A program made the position numbers and the translations under genes. This document shows, in pieces, positions 10,242 through 21,218 of a stretch of 32,000 nucleotides of DNA. The notes below the pieces were generated by a model, which did not search any database, was not told the origin of the DNA, and saw only the letters and a list, made by a program, of their open reading frames with translations. Position 1 is the stretch's first letter, and the number at the start of each line of letters is the position of its first letter. The DNA is from Candidatus Saccharimonadota bacterium (GTDB lineage Bacteria; Pseudomonadota; Alphaproteobacteria; Rickettsiales; Anaplasmataceae), in assembly GCF_025021925.1 (NCBI RefSeq), contig NZ_CP092368.1:180001-212000 (forward strand). The letters are read 5' to 3'.

Positions 10242-11218
10242 CCTCCTGTAAAATAATATCATCTGAAGATTTAAGACATATTCAGCTAAGACCTGATTAT
10301 CTTGATGATTTTGTAGGACAGGGAGAATTGATAAATAACTTACAAGTCTTTATCAGTGCCGCTAGGTCAAGAAATGAAGCATTAGATCACGTATTATTAT
10401 GTGGTCCACCTGGATTAGGTAAAACTACTTTAGCGCATATCCTTTCTAAGGAACTAAGGGTTAGTTTTCGTACAACTTCTGGACCATTGTTAAATAAAGC
10501 TGGAGATTTAGCTGCAATCCTCACTTCTTTAAATGAAAAGGATGTATTATTTATTGATGAGATCCATCGATTAAATCATTGTATTGAAGAAATATTATAT
10601 CCTGCAATGGAAGATTTTTGTTTAGATGTATTAGTAGGTGGAGGTCCATCAACTCGCACTCTGAGAATAGATTTACCGCCATTTACATTAATTGGTGCAA
10701 CAACAAGAATAGGTTTATTATCTCATCCTCTTAGAGAGCGTTTTGGCATACCTATATATCTTGAATTTTATTCTTGTGAGGAATTAATAAAGATTATTAA
10801 AAGAGGTGCAACTTCTCTCTCTATTACAATTCATGATTCTGCTGCACAAGAAATTGCACTCCGTGCACGTGGTACTCCCAGATTGGCATTAAGATTACTC
10901 AGAAGAGTAAGAGATTTTGTTGAAGTGAAAGATCAGAGTATACAAATTATGTATGAGAGTGTGCAATATGCACTCTCGCAATTAGGCATAAATAAAATAG
11001 GACTTACTACACTTGATATACGATATCTTAAATTTCTATTTAATACCTCAAGACCTGTAGGAATAGAGACTCTCTCAATAGCATTATCTGAAGATGTGAG
11101 AAATATTGAAGATACAATAGAACCGTATTTAATAAAAATAAGCTTTATACATCGCTCATCTAGAGGTCGTATTTTAACTAATCAAGCACAAGAGTATTTA
11201 AAATCATTATTTGCATAA
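10232..11218 (+). CDS. ruvB: Holliday junction DNA helicase RuvB
   Basis: 328 aa. LRP..LDDFVGQ, Walker [12 protein letters not shown], Walker B FIDEIHRL, and the [15 protein letters not shown] block. Confidence 0.95.
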   Translation: MQLTSCKIISSEDLRHIQLRPDYLDDFVGQGELINNLQVFISAARSRNEALDHVLLCGPPGLGKTTLAHILSKELRVSFRTTSGPLLNKAGDLAAILTSLNEKDVLFIDEIHRLNHCIEEILYPAMEDFCLDVLVGGGPSTRTLRIDLPPFTLIGATTRIGLLSHPLRERFGIPIYLEFYSCEELIKIIKRGATSLSITIHDSAAQEIALRARGTPRLALRLLRRVRDFVEVKDQSIQIMYESVQYALSQLGINKIGLTTLDIRYLKFLFNTSRPVGIETLSIALSEDVRNIEDTIEPYLIKISFIHRSSRGRILTNQAQEYLKSLFA

Positions 11219-11442
11219 CAATATCCTATTATATTTAGTAATAAAATATTGAACAATTGATTACTTAAATCTTGTATTCATATCTCAGAATGTAGTATAT
11301 ATCTTGATTCTAAGATTTAGTCTCAAAATAGATTAAGATCTGATTACATAAGTGGTTTATAGTGAAATACAAATATTATAATCATCTATGATATGATAAA
11401 AATATTGCAAACACAAAAATTTTTTATAACATCATAGAATAG

Positions 11443-11724
<282 letters not shown>

Positions 11725-11729
11725 CCTCA

Positions 11730-13001
11730 ATGCTGAGAAGAATAGTAATTACTGGTGTTGGTTTAATTACTCCACTTGCATCTGACGTCTCTAATACTTG
11801 GTCAAGATTAATAAAAGGTGAATCTGGTATCAGAGCTATTGATGTAGATAGATTTGATACTTCCGATCTACCTTGCAAAGTTGCAGGACAGATTATTCCT
11901 CAATCTTATAACAATATATATTCTTTTAATCCTTTGGAGTATATGTGTGAAAAAGAATTACATAGAACAGATCGTTTTATTCATTATGGTATTGCTGCGG
12001 CTATTCAAGCAATCAATGATTCCTGTATTTTAGAAAATCAAAATATCAATCGAGAACGTATAGGTGTAGCTATCGGTTCTGGTATAGGTGGTCTACCTAT
12101 GATTCAGAAGAGTATTATTACTATGCAAGAAAAAGGTCCAAGAAGGGTAAGTCCTTTTTTTGTACCTTCAAGTTTAATTAATGTTATTTCTGGACATATT
12201 GCTATTAAATATGAATTTACAGGCCCAAATGAGTCAGTCGTGACTGCATGCTCTACTGGTGCTCATGCAATTATAAATTCCGCAAGAGCCATCAAAATGT
12301 ATGAGAGTGATATCATGATTACAGGTGGAACAGAAAGTGCACTCTGTAGAATGGGAATTGCAGGTTTTGCATCTATGAAAGCGCTCTCAACTAGTTTTAA
12401 TAGTATCCCAGAAGCATCTTCAAGACCATGGGATAACAAACGTGATGGATTTGTAATGGGTGAAGGAGCGGGCATTCTTGTTTTAGAAGCATATGAAAGC
12501 GCAAAAAAAAGAGGAGCAAAAATATATGCAGAATTAGTAGGATATGGAGTGACAGGAGATGCATATCATATTACAGCACCTCATCCAGAAGGTAGAGGTG
12601 CATTTCAAGCAATGCATCTCGCAATACAAAACGCAAAAATTGATCCAGAACAAATTGGATATATTAATGCTCATGGTACATCAACGATTCTTGGAGATAA
12701 AGTAGAAGTAATTGCAATAAAAAAGTTATTTGGAGATTATGCTTATAATATTCCTATTTCTTCAACTAAATCTTCTATTGGACATCTACTTGGTGCAGCA
12801 GGTAGTGTAGAAGCTATTTTTGTAATACTTGCTTTAAATAGTGGGATTATTCCCCCAACTTTAAATCTTGATCACCCATCAGAAGACTGTGATTTAAATT
12901 TTGTACCTTTGAAAGCACAAGAACATAACATGAGATATGTACTTTCTAATTCATTTGGTTTTGGTGGCACAAATGCTTCACTCATATTTGCACAAGTATA
13001 G
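11730..13001 (+). CDS. fabF: 3-oxoacyl-ACP synthase II
   Basis: 423 aa. Active-site blocks ACSTGAHAI, NAHGTST, GHLLGAAG, and the C-terminal SNSFGFGGTNASL. Confidence 0.95.
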   Translation: MLRRIVITGVGLITPLASDVSNTWSRLIKGESGIRAIDVDRFDTSDLPCKVAGQIIPQSYNNIYSFNPLEYMCEKELHRTDRFIHYGIAAAIQAINDSCILENQNINRERIGVAIGSGIGGLPMIQKSIITMQEKGPRRVSPFFVPSSLINVISGHIAIKYEFTGPNESVVTACSTGAHAIINSARAIKMYESDIMITGGTESALCRMGIAGFASMKALSTSFNSIPEASSRPWDNKRDGFVMGEGAGILVLEAYESAKKRGAKIYAELVGYGVTGDAYHITAPHPEGRGAFQAMHLAIQNAKIDPEQIGYINAHGTSTILGDKVEVIAIKKLFGDYAYNIPISSTKSSIGHLLGAAGSVEAIFVILALNSGIIPPTLNLDHPSEDCDLNFVPLKAQEHNMRYVLSNSFGFGGTNASLIFAQV

Positions 13002-13115
13002 TCATCGCTACATCTTTATCTTCAAAACTCTATCTATATTAACATATGAAGTACATACATATTGATTTTCACATATCACTAAACAGTATATCGGGCTAAA
13101 ATATGAACAAATGGG

Positions 13116-13189
<74 letters not shown>

Positions 13190-13211
13190 AAAATTAAAAA
13201 GTTAAGATATC

Positions 13212-13240
13212 AGTATAGATCTATAATAATAAAAAATCAA
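13212..13240 (-). promoter_or_regulatory. candidate sigma70-type promoter for the initiator tRNA
   Basis: Minus strand reads TTGATT-17 nt-TATACT, with the -10 about 22 nt upstream of the tRNA 5' end. Such matches have low specificity in AT-rich DNA. Confidence 0.3.
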
Positions 13241-13401
13241 AGAATAAAATGTCATCTAAAAGATTTTTATAATATTTAAAAATATATTTACATTAGAATC
13301 TCTAAATATATTATGATACATCAATACTATTTAATAGATTCAATATATGCAATATAACAAATATAAAAATATTATGATATCTTTTTAAGAATGTATAGAA
13401 C

Positions 13402-14244
13402 ATGCAAATTAATAAAGACTATAATTTTATGTTACATATTATAATTTATTTATTCTATTTTTGTAGTTATGCAACTTTTGCACAACAGGAAGCACGATCA
13501 ATAGATACAAATCATCATATCAAAATAATAAATTACAAAGCTCAATCTATACATAAATATGTAGGGTTTTACGGTTATCAATCTAGTATGTTATTTGAAC
13601 AAGGAGAAATAATAGATACTATTTCGATGGGAGATTCAACTGGTTGGCAACTAATTCCACAAGGTAATAGATTATTTCTCAAACCTATAGATGATTTTGC
13701 AAATACGAATGCAACTATCATTACAAATAAAAGAGTATATCATTTTGAGTTATATGCTGAAAATGCATCTGGATTAGATGATGCTAGACTAGCATACGAA
13801 GTAAGATTTATATATCCTGTCTGTCATAATGCTTCAAGTGATATTATATATAATAATATACTGAATCAAAGTACTGAAAAGACTGTGATTCCAGATATTT
13901 ATAATCCTAAGATTATTGAGCAAGGATTAAATTTTAATTACTATATTTCTCATACTAAAGGCAGTCATGCGATTATACCAATTAAAATCTTTGATGATGG
14001 AATATTTACATATCTTCAGTTTCATAATATTCACTCTGAATTTCCTGCAGTGTTCATGAAAGATCACGAAAATAATGAATCTTTAGTCAATTTTCGTACA
14101 ATTGATAATTACTTAGTAATTGAAAGAATTGCTGACTTTTTCATATTAAGACATGGTTCCAGAGTAGTATTAATATTTAACAATGGAGATCAATCTTATA
14201 AAACATATAATACTATACCTATAATGCGTGAAAAACATAAATAA
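13402..14244 (+). CDS. virB9: type IV secretion system protein VirB9 (TrbG/CagX family), lone copy in this window
   Basis: 280 aa with an N-terminal signal-like segment (an alternative ATG is at 13429). The N-domain (GDSTGWQLIPQGNRLFLKP, TNATIITNKRVYHFEL, AYEVRFIYP) and the C-domain (IFDDGIFTYLQF ... LVIERIADFFILRHG..V..IFN) are both collinear with Agrobacterium VirB9 from memory. Confidence 0.85.
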   Translation: MQINKDYNFMLHIIIYLFYFCSYATFAQQEARSIDTNHHIKIINYKAQSIHKYVGFYGYQSSMLFEQGEIIDTISMGDSTGWQLIPQGNRLFLKPIDDFANTNATIITNKRVYHFELYAENASGLDDARLAYEVRFIYPVCHNASSDIIYNNILNQSTEKTVIPDIYNPKIIEQGLNFNYYISHTKGSHAIIPIKIFDDGIFTYLQFHNIHSEFPAVFMKDHENNESLVNFRTIDNYLVIERIADFFILRHGSRVVLIFNNGDQSYKTYNTIPIMREKHK

Positions 14245-14573
14245 TGAGAGATTTAGGGGTATATTAATAATGAAATGCTCTTATATTTATAGACTCACAC
14301 TTGTGTAATATGAATACTAAGATTAGTATCTGACTTAAAAGCTCTAAAGTAGAGAGATCTATATGACATACTTATATCAGTGATATTATTTGATATGATT
14401 CAATAATGTGAGCAATATTCATGTATTGATGTTGTGCGATAGCTCTGTATAATTACCAGCAAGAGAATGGAGTTCTTATACAAATCATCAAATCTTTCAT
14501 ACTCTCTAACTATAGTCTAGTAAGAATATGTTATACATGTGCATTCGTTATACTAATGTAGTATAATAAACAT

Positions 14574-15311
14574 TTAATAATCTATCTTGACTAAATAAAG
14601 GCCATAAGGTGGTGCAGTCATACCGGCTGCGCTTCTTTTACATTGAGTAATAATATTGAACATTTCATGAGGATTTGTATTTCTTTTGCCAAAATCAATT
14701 AAAGTACCTACGATAATTCTTACTTGCTTATATAGAAATGATATTGCAGATATTGTAATATAAATATGATCGATTTTTTTTACAATATTAATACTATCAA
14801 TTGTTTTTATTGGATTTCTCACTTGACAATCTTTCGATCTAAAGCTTGAAAGATTATTCTGACCAATGAGATATTGAGCTGCTCTATTCATAATATCAAT
14901 ATTAATTGGTTCCATGACATACCATGCATAACCAGAGCCCAATACTATTCGTACATCTCTATTAATAATACGATATTCATAATATCTTTTTTTTGCTGAA
15001 AATCTTGCATGAAATGTATTATCTACAATACTTACATTGAGTATCACAATTGGAATTGATTTGAGATAAAAATTTAGTGCATTACGAATTGTTTCAAGTG
15101 TGTACTCCACTTCAAGATCACAATGAGCGACTTGTCCTATAGCATGTACTCCTGCATCAGTTCTACCACTACAATATAACTCTACTCTTGTACCAGTAAA
15201 TAAAAATATTGCATTTTCTATTGCCGCTTGAATGGAATTAGAAGATTGTTTTTGCTTTTGCCATCCCGAGAAAGAATAACCATTATATTCTATAATAAGT
15301 TTATAACGCAT
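14574..15311 (-). CDS. truA: tRNA pseudouridine(38-40) synthase TruA
   Basis: 245 aa. N-terminal IEYNGYSFSGWQKQ and the catalytic block SGRTDAGVHA. Confidence 0.9.
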   Translation of the reverse strand: MRYKLIIEYNGYSFSGWQKQKQSSNSIQAAIENAIFLFTGTRVELYCSGRTDAGVHAIGQVAHCDLEVEYTLETIRNALNFYLKSIPIVILNVSIVDNTFHARFSAKKRYYEYRIINRDVRIVLGSGYAWYVMEPINIDIMNRAAQYLIGQNNLSSFRSKDCQVRNPIKTIDSINIVKKIDHIYITISAISFLYKQVRIIVGTLIDFGKRNTNPHEMFNIITQCKRSAAGMTAPPYGLYLVKIDY

Positions 15312-15352
15312 AAAAGCCTTAATTTTTCACATATACCTTAATCAGTTTAACA

Positions 15353-15371
15353 TACTCTCTTTGAGAGAGTA
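15353..15371. promoter_or_regulatory. inverted repeat in the divergent truA-recA spacer
   Basis: TACTCTCT-ttg-AGAGAGTA, with 8-bp perfect arms. It lies about 42 nt upstream of the truA ATG and about 106 nt upstream of the recA ATG. Function unknown. Confidence 0.3.
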
Positions 15372-15476
15372 CAATGAATCTTTATATACTTTAAATTATT
15401 ATATCGCACATAAAGCCTTGGCAAACTAGTCTGAGTATCGCATAATTATAACGTGATATAACATATACCAAGATTT

Positions 15477-16538
15477 ATGAATCTAGAATTAGAGGATAAA
15501 CAATCTGATAAACAGCAATCCTTGGAAAGAGTAATCAATCATATTGAAAAGACATTTGGTAAGGGTATCATCATGAAGCTTAAACAACATCCTTTAGATC
15601 AAGTCGAAACAATATCAACAGGATCTCTTGGACTGGATTTAGCGCTTGGAGTAGGTGGATTACCAAAAGGACGTATAGTAGAAATATTTGGACCTGAGAG
15701 TTCTGGTAAAACTACTCTTGCTTTACATGTCATTGCTGAAGCACAAAAAATAGGAGGCATTTGTTCTTTCATTGATGCAGAACACGCATTAGATCTATCA
15801 TATGCATGTAAACTTGGAGTACACATTGATGATTTAATCATTTCACAGCCAGATAATGGAGAACAAGCATTGAACATAGTAGAAAACTTAGTCTGTTCTG
15901 GTGCAATTGATGTGATAGTTGTTGATTCTGTAGCAGCATTAACTCCAAGAGCAGAAATTGAAGGTGAAATGGGTGAACAACATGTAGGTTTACAAGCAAG
16001 GCTTCTTAGCCATGGATTACGTAAGCTGACTTCTGTAGTTGCAAAAGCAAATTGTATATTAATATTTATTAATCAAATACGTATAAAAATAGGCTTTATA
16101 TATGGCAATCCTGAAACTACTACAGGTGGTAATGCCTTAAAATTCTATACTTCTATACGATTAGATATTAGAAGAATTGGCACAATAAAAGACAAAATAA
16201 ATATTGTAGGTCATGAAACACGAGTAAAAGTAATAAAGAATAAAGTCGCGCCTCCATTTCGAGAGGCAAAATTTGATATTATGTATTCTGATGGTATCTC
16301 GCGCACAGGAGAGATATTAGATATAGCAACAAAGCTTGGCATGATTATAAAATCAGGTGCTTACTATTCTTATAATAATATCCGTCTTGGACAAGGGAGA
16401 GAGAATGTAAAAAATTACTTTAAAAATAATCAGCAGATTGCACATGAAATAGAATTGAAAATTCGAGATTTCATTTTTAAGCATGATGATGATATCTGTA
16501 TAAATATAGATAGTAATCATCACATTATAGAAGAGTAA
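15477..16538 (+). CDS. recA: recombinase RecA
   Basis: 353 aa. [10 protein letters not shown], Walker [29 protein letters not shown], and the FINQIR L2-region blocks. Confidence 0.97.
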   Translation: MNLELEDKQSDKQQSLERVINHIEKTFGKGIIMKLKQHPLDQVETISTGSLGLDLALGVGGLPKGRIVEIFGPESSGKTTLALHVIAEAQKIGGICSFIDAEHALDLSYACKLGVHIDDLIISQPDNGEQALNIVENLVCSGAIDVIVVDSVAALTPRAEIEGEMGEQHVGLQARLLSHGLRKLTSVVAKANCILIFINQIRIKIGFIYGNPETTTGGNALKFYTSIRLDIRRIGTIKDKINIVGHETRVKVIKNKVAPPFREAKFDIMYSDGISRTGEILDIATKLGMIIKSGAYYSYNNIRLGQGRENVKNYFKNNQQIAHEIELKIRDFIFKHDDDICINIDSNHHIIEE

Positions 16539-16751
16539 TAGATGATCTTTAACGATAAAAATATATTGAGAGAGAGTTGAGTATCGCTTTATCATATATT
16601 CAATATTATATTTAACTATCAGAAAAAGGAATCCTGTACTACATTAAATAGGTCACTGATCACATATAATGAAATTACTATTCAAAAAAACATCTTCACA
16701 TGCTCATTGAGAGATGTTAAGTTATTAACAAATAATCTATATGTAATCACA

Positions 16752-17447
16752 ATGAAATGTTATGTCTTCCCTAATATACATAAATCAGGATATCCATTTA
16801 TATTCTTCTTTTGTATAGTTACGTGTATTGCGTGTGTTTTTTTATGGACTATTGGCGTAGTATGTATATTTTTAACATTGTTATGTATTTATTTTTTTCG
16901 TGATCCCGTGAGAATTGTACCAGATAACAAGAATCTAATACTCAGTCCTGCTGATGGTATTGTGAGTCATATTCAAGAAGTTATTTATCCACAATCATTC
17001 TCAGGTGAAGAAAACAGAAAGTATACACTTATTAGTATATTTTTAAGTGTATTTAATGTGCATGTTAATCGCATACCTATTTCTGGTACAATCAAAAAAA
17101 TGCAATATAAGAAAGGAAGTTTCTTATCTGCAATGAATCACGATTCTTGTAATGAAAATGAAAAACAAATAATTTTAATTGAATATCAAAAAGGTAAGGA
17201 AATTATTTTAGAACAAATAGCTGGTATGTTAGCTAGACGCATTATATGTCATTTAACAGTTTCGCAACATGTTACAGCAGGAGAACGATTTGGTATTATA
17301 AGATTTGGTAGTAGAGTTAATATTTATCTTCCTTCTAATATGAATATTAGGATTGCAGAAGGACAAACTCTGATAGGTGGTGAAACCATTATAGCAAGCT
17401 TAAGTACAGAAGATATGCAAGAGAAACCCACTTATCACTGTATATGA
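16752..17447 (+). CDS. psd: phosphatidylserine decarboxylase proenzyme (short type)
   Basis: The ORF starts at TTG 16707, but homologues of the short Psd class begin near ATG 16752 ([20 protein letters not shown]). Motifs: YFFRDP.R, SPADG, FNVHVNR.P, QIAG..ARRI, and the self-cleavage region IRFGSRV. Confidence 0.9.
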   Translation: MKCYVFPNIHKSGYPFIFFFCIVTCIACVFLWTIGVVCIFLTLLCIYFFRDPVRIVPDNKNLILSPADGIVSHIQEVIYPQSFSGEENRKYTLISIFLSVFNVHVNRIPISGTIKKMQYKKGSFLSAMNHDSCNENEKQIILIEYQKGKEIILEQIAGMLARRIICHLTVSQHVTAGERFGIIRFGSRVNIYLPSNMNIRIAEGQTLIGGETIIASLSTEDMQEKPTYHCI

Positions 17448-18214
17448 ATCAAGATAGTGATAATAATAGATTATTACCTATTACTAAGCTATTTCCAAAT
17501 TTTATTACTTTATTAGGATTATGTTCTGGTCTAACTTCATTAAAATTTACATTTAACCAACAATGGGAATGTGCCGTGATCTTTGTAGTGATTGCTGCAA
17601 TAATAGATGGTATGGATGGTAGGATAGCTAGAATACTAAAATCAACTAGTGATTTTGGAGCTCAACTTGATTCTTTTGCAGATTTTCTCAATTTTGGTGC
17701 AGCACCTGCCTTTCTTTTGTATTTTTGGAAATTCAGAGAAATTAAAATTATGGGTTGGATATTAGTAATGATATATGTTATTTGTATCTCAATTAGACTT
17801 GCAAGATTTAATGTTTTGATACAGATAGAGCAACTACATTGGGAAAAATTTTTCTTTTCTGGTGCTCCTGCACCAGTATGTGCTGTCCTTGCATTATTGC
17901 CAATTATTATTACCTTACAATCTCATGAAAATGCACTTTTCAAATTAATGGAATATATTTTTAATATGAGAAATAGTGCTTTTTACTTTTTAGGAATCGC
18001 ATTATTTTCGATTAGTCATATTCCTACTTTTTCTGCTAAATATCTTTATATCCCCAAAAATCTCTCTTATATATTTCTATCATTTGTTGGAATACTAATT
18101 GTTTTATTGATCAGCAAACCATGGATTACATTACCAATTCTAATAATAATTTATCTATTGAGTACTCCTATTAGCATAGGTTATTACATATATTTTGCAT
18201 ATACAAATAAGTAA
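17444..18214 (+). CDS. pssA: CDP-diacylglycerol--serine O-phosphatidyltransferase
   Basis: 256-aa membrane protein with the CDP-alcohol phosphatidyltransferase motif DGMDGRIAR...[11 protein letters not shown]. The start overlaps the psd stop in an ATGA arrangement. Confidence 0.9.
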   Translation: MNQDSDNNRLLPITKLFPNFITLLGLCSGLTSLKFTFNQQWECAVIFVVIAAIIDGMDGRIARILKSTSDFGAQLDSFADFLNFGAAPAFLLYFWKFREIKIMGWILVMIYVICISIRLARFNVLIQIEQLHWEKFFFSGAPAPVCAVLALLPIIITLQSHENALFKLMEYIFNMRNSAFYFLGIALFSISHIPTFSAKYLYIPKNLSYIFLSFVGILIVLLISKPWITLPILIIIYLLSTPISIGYYIYFAYTNK

Positions 18215-18314
18215 ATCACATACAAATATAATCATAGTAGATAAAAGTAAAGACATATGACAATAATGTTTAATTATAAATATATACCAATTATTATACT
18301 AAATATCTAAAAAT

Positions 18315-19628
18315 ATGTGGACTATTCCATTCATCACTATATGGGTTCTCACTACTGGTATATTCTGTACTGTACAATTTAAATTTATTAATATTAGATT
18401 ATTCAAATATGGAATACACACTTTAATTAATCTTAATCATAATATTAATAATTGTGGCGTCATTACCCATATTCAAGCTTTCTCTACGGCCCTTTCCGGA
18501 ACAATAGGTCTAGGCACAATATCAGGAGTTGCAATTGCTGTGACAATTGGAGGACCAAGTACAATTTTTTGGATGATCATTACAGGAATATTTTGTATGT
18601 CGATAAAATTTGCTGAAGTAGTACTAGCATTTATTTATAGATCCGAAAATCCTATTGGAGGATCTTTTTACTATATTGAGTACGGCCTTGCAAAACTTGG
18701 ATTTATTATAACAGGCAAATTACTTGCTTATATTTATGCCATAATACTTACAATTGCTATGCTATTAGGAGGTATTCCATTTCAAGCAAATCAAATATCT
18801 ATGTTATCAAATAATCTCTTTCAATATGATATATCAATTATTATCTCGATAGTTGTATTTATTGTATCCCTTGGAGGGATCAGAAGTATTTCTTTTATTG
18901 CTACAATCTTAACTCCCATCATGGTAATACTATATATAGTTATATGCATATATATAATATATTTACATGGACATAATTTATTATATTCTTTTTGTCTTAT
19001 CTTTCAGGATCTTTTTAACACATCTGCTATAGGAGGAGGGATTTTTAGTGGATTAATCACTGGTATAAGAAGAGCAGTTTTTGCTAATGAAGCTGGTACA
19101 GGTACAGCTGCTATAGCACATTCAATAGTGCAAGAAAGAGATCCAATAAAAGTTGGTTGTGTTGCAATGCTTGCACCATTTGTAGATACAGTATTAATTT
19201 CCTTTCTTACTGGGATCATAATACTGATTACAGATACACATAATAGCATCAATACTATAGGAGATATTACATTAATTAGTAAGATTCTTGTAACAGATAT
19301 ACCCATCTTAAAGACATCTATCTTACCTGTTATGATGTTTTCCTTTGCTTTTTCCACAATAATAGCATATTGTTACTACTATGAAGTAGCTTTGTATTAC
19401 TTATTTGGTGATAAAAAGATTTCCATCTTATTCCAAATTTTTATAGTAATTTCAGTATATATCAGTTGTGTATCAGAAAATATAGAATATATATCTTATA
19501 TGGGAGAAAGTTTATTTATGTGTCTCATCATTCCAAATTCCATTGCAATATTTTTGCTAAGAAAAGAAATACTACATGTGATTGATTCCTATTACAATTC
19601 TAAAAGGTGTGTTAAAAATGTTTTATAG
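18315..19628 (+). CDS. alanine/glycine:cation symporter (AGCS family), copy 1
   Basis: 437-aa polytopic membrane protein. AGCS blocks: ITHIQAFSTALSGTIGLGTISGVAIAV..GGP...FWM and RA.FANEAGTGTAAIAHS. An in-frame TAA at 18300-18302 prevents N-terminal extension. Confidence 0.85.
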   Translation: MWTIPFITIWVLTTGIFCTVQFKFINIRLFKYGIHTLINLNHNINNCGVITHIQAFSTALSGTIGLGTISGVAIAVTIGGPSTIFWMIITGIFCMSIKFAEVVLAFIYRSENPIGGSFYYIEYGLAKLGFIITGKLLAYIYAIILTIAMLLGGIPFQANQISMLSNNLFQYDISIIISIVVFIVSLGGIRSISFIATILTPIMVILYIVICIYIIYLHGHNLLYSFCLIFQDLFNTSAIGGGIFSGLITGIRRAVFANEAGTGTAAIAHSIVQERDPIKVGCVAMLAPFVDTVLISFLTGIIILITDTHNSINTIGDITLISKILVTDIPILKTSILPVMMFSFAFSTIIAYCYYYEVALYYLFGDKKISILFQIFIVISVYISCVSENIEYISYMGESLFMCLIIPNSIAIFLLRKEILHVIDSYYNSKRCVKNVL

Positions 19629-21084
19629 ATCAATAATATATCTTACATTGAGTTATCTATTCTGTAATAATGCGTATAGTTCTGGTTTTTATGAATGTTA
19701 TGATAGTGTATTAAATCAGATCAATAACTTTATGAATACAGTGCTATTTTTTAAGATTTTTTATATCCCATTTATCATCCTTTTATTATCATGCGGTTAT
19801 GTTTTTTTAACATTACGTTTTAAATTTCTGAATATCAGAATGTTTTATCACGCATTATCTATTTTATGTGGAAAATATGATACTGAACATCACAGTGGTC
19901 ATATTACACATTTTCAAGCATTTGCTACTGCATTATCCAGTACAGTAGGGCTTGGTACTGTTGCTGGTGTTGCAATTGCTGTTTCAATGGGCGGACCAGG
20001 AGCAGTACCATGGATGATGATTACAGGATTTTTTGGGATGTCAGTAAAATTTTCTGAAGTCACATTAGCATTTAGACATAGAACAGAAGGTCAAGATCAA
20101 TTATTTAGTGGTCCTTTTTATTATATTAGAAATGGATTAGAAGAATTTGGATTTAGAAAACTTGGTATTATACTCGCTGCTATATATTCAGTATTTTTTG
20201 TATTATCAGGTTTTGGTGGAAGTGTCGCATTCCAAACTAATCAAATGGTATCAATATTATCTTATTATTCAGTATGGATAGATAATCATCATTGGGTACT
20301 ATCTTTGATAGTCTCTATATTACTTGGATTAGTTATTATAGGAGGTATTAAGAGAATCGCTATAGTCTCTTCTGCACTAGTACCTATTATGTCAATAATA
20401 TATATTGTAAGTTGTATTATTATTATAATATTTAATATTCATAATCTTAGCTATACATTGAAAATACTATTTTCTAGTATGATAGATTTTCATGCTGTGG
20501 GCAGTGGAATTTTAGGAGCATTTGTTGCTGGTATTCAAAGAGCAATATTTGCAAGTGAAGCAGGAATAGGAGCTGCAGCAATTACTCATGCAGTTACAAA
20601 AGATAAAGAACCAGTAAGAACAGGATTGGTTGCTATGCTAGAACCTTGCTTTGATACTATGCTAGTATGTTGTTTAACAGGTGTCGTAATTGTTATTACA
20701 GGTGCATATCAATCTGGTATTGGTGAAGGTATATTAATTACTCAGAAAGCATTTGAAACAGTTGCTCCATGGTTTCCTATACTATTAGTGATTTCTGCTC
20801 CTTTATTTGCATTCTCATCTGTAACATCATTTGTATATTGCTGTGAAATGGGATGGCAATATTTATTTGGATTAAAGAGTGTATTTTTATATAGAATAAC
20901 AGTCATAATAGTAGCATTTTTTTCTGGCCTGTCACAAGATATTATGACTATTGCAAATATAGGTGGTACTTTATTTTGTTGTTTAGCTCTTATCAATATG
21001 ATCGCTCTTATACTTTTTAGCAATCAAATTAATAATGAAATACAGTGTTATCTAACAAGATTAAGTAAAGATAAAATAAATTAG
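19618..21084 (+). CDS. alanine/glycine:cation symporter (AGCS family), copy 2
   Basis: A paralogue of copy 1 with the same blocks (ITHFQAFATALSSTVGLGTVAGVAIAV..GGPGAVPWM, RAIFASEAGIGAAAITHA). The ORF-track start is TTG 19582. ATG 19618 is preferred and overlaps the end of copy 1 by 11 nt. It has an extra hydrophobic N-terminal segment. Confidence 0.85.
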   Translation: MFYRSIIYLTLSYLFCNNAYSSGFYECYDSVLNQINNFMNTVLFFKIFYIPFIILLLSCGYVFLTLRFKFLNIRMFYHALSILCGKYDTEHHSGHITHFQAFATALSSTVGLGTVAGVAIAVSMGGPGAVPWMMITGFFGMSVKFSEVTLAFRHRTEGQDQLFSGPFYYIRNGLEEFGFRKLGIILAAIYSVFFVLSGFGGSVAFQTNQMVSILSYYSVWIDNHHWVLSLIVSILLGLVIIGGIKRIAIVSSALVPIMSIIYIVSCIIIIIFNIHNLSYTLKILFSSMIDFHAVGSGILGAFVAGIQRAIFASEAGIGAAAITHAVTKDKEPVRTGLVAMLEPCFDTMLVCCLTGVVIVITGAYQSGIGEGILITQKAFETVAPWFPILLVISAPLFAFSSVTSFVYCCEMGWQYLFGLKSVFLYRITVIIVAFFSGLSQDIMTIANIGGTLFCCLALINMIALILFSNQINNEIQCYLTRLSKDKIN

Positions 21085-21095
21085 TATTTTTATAT

Positions 21096-21119
21096 AACTT
21101 GATATATAGATATCAAGTT
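21096..21119 (+). terminator. hairpin downstream of the symporter pair
   Basis: AACTTGATAT-atag-ATATCAAGTT: a 10-bp perfect stem starting 12 nt after the stop at 21084. It is AU-rich and has no clear U-tract. Confidence 0.35.
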
Positions 21120-21218
21120 GATGTATTATGTTGATGTTCATTATACTATTAGAGAATTATATATAATAAACATAGTCATAACATGTCTGCTTATCTATAG
21201 TAATATCTGTGGTCTAAC

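Noticed and set aside
16985-16993. Perfect consensus DnaA box TTATCCACA
   Set aside because: It is a single copy inside the psd coding sequence. One 9-mer hit in 64 kb of two-strand sequence is within chance expectation, and there is no cluster, AT-rich unwinding element or dnaA gene nearby.
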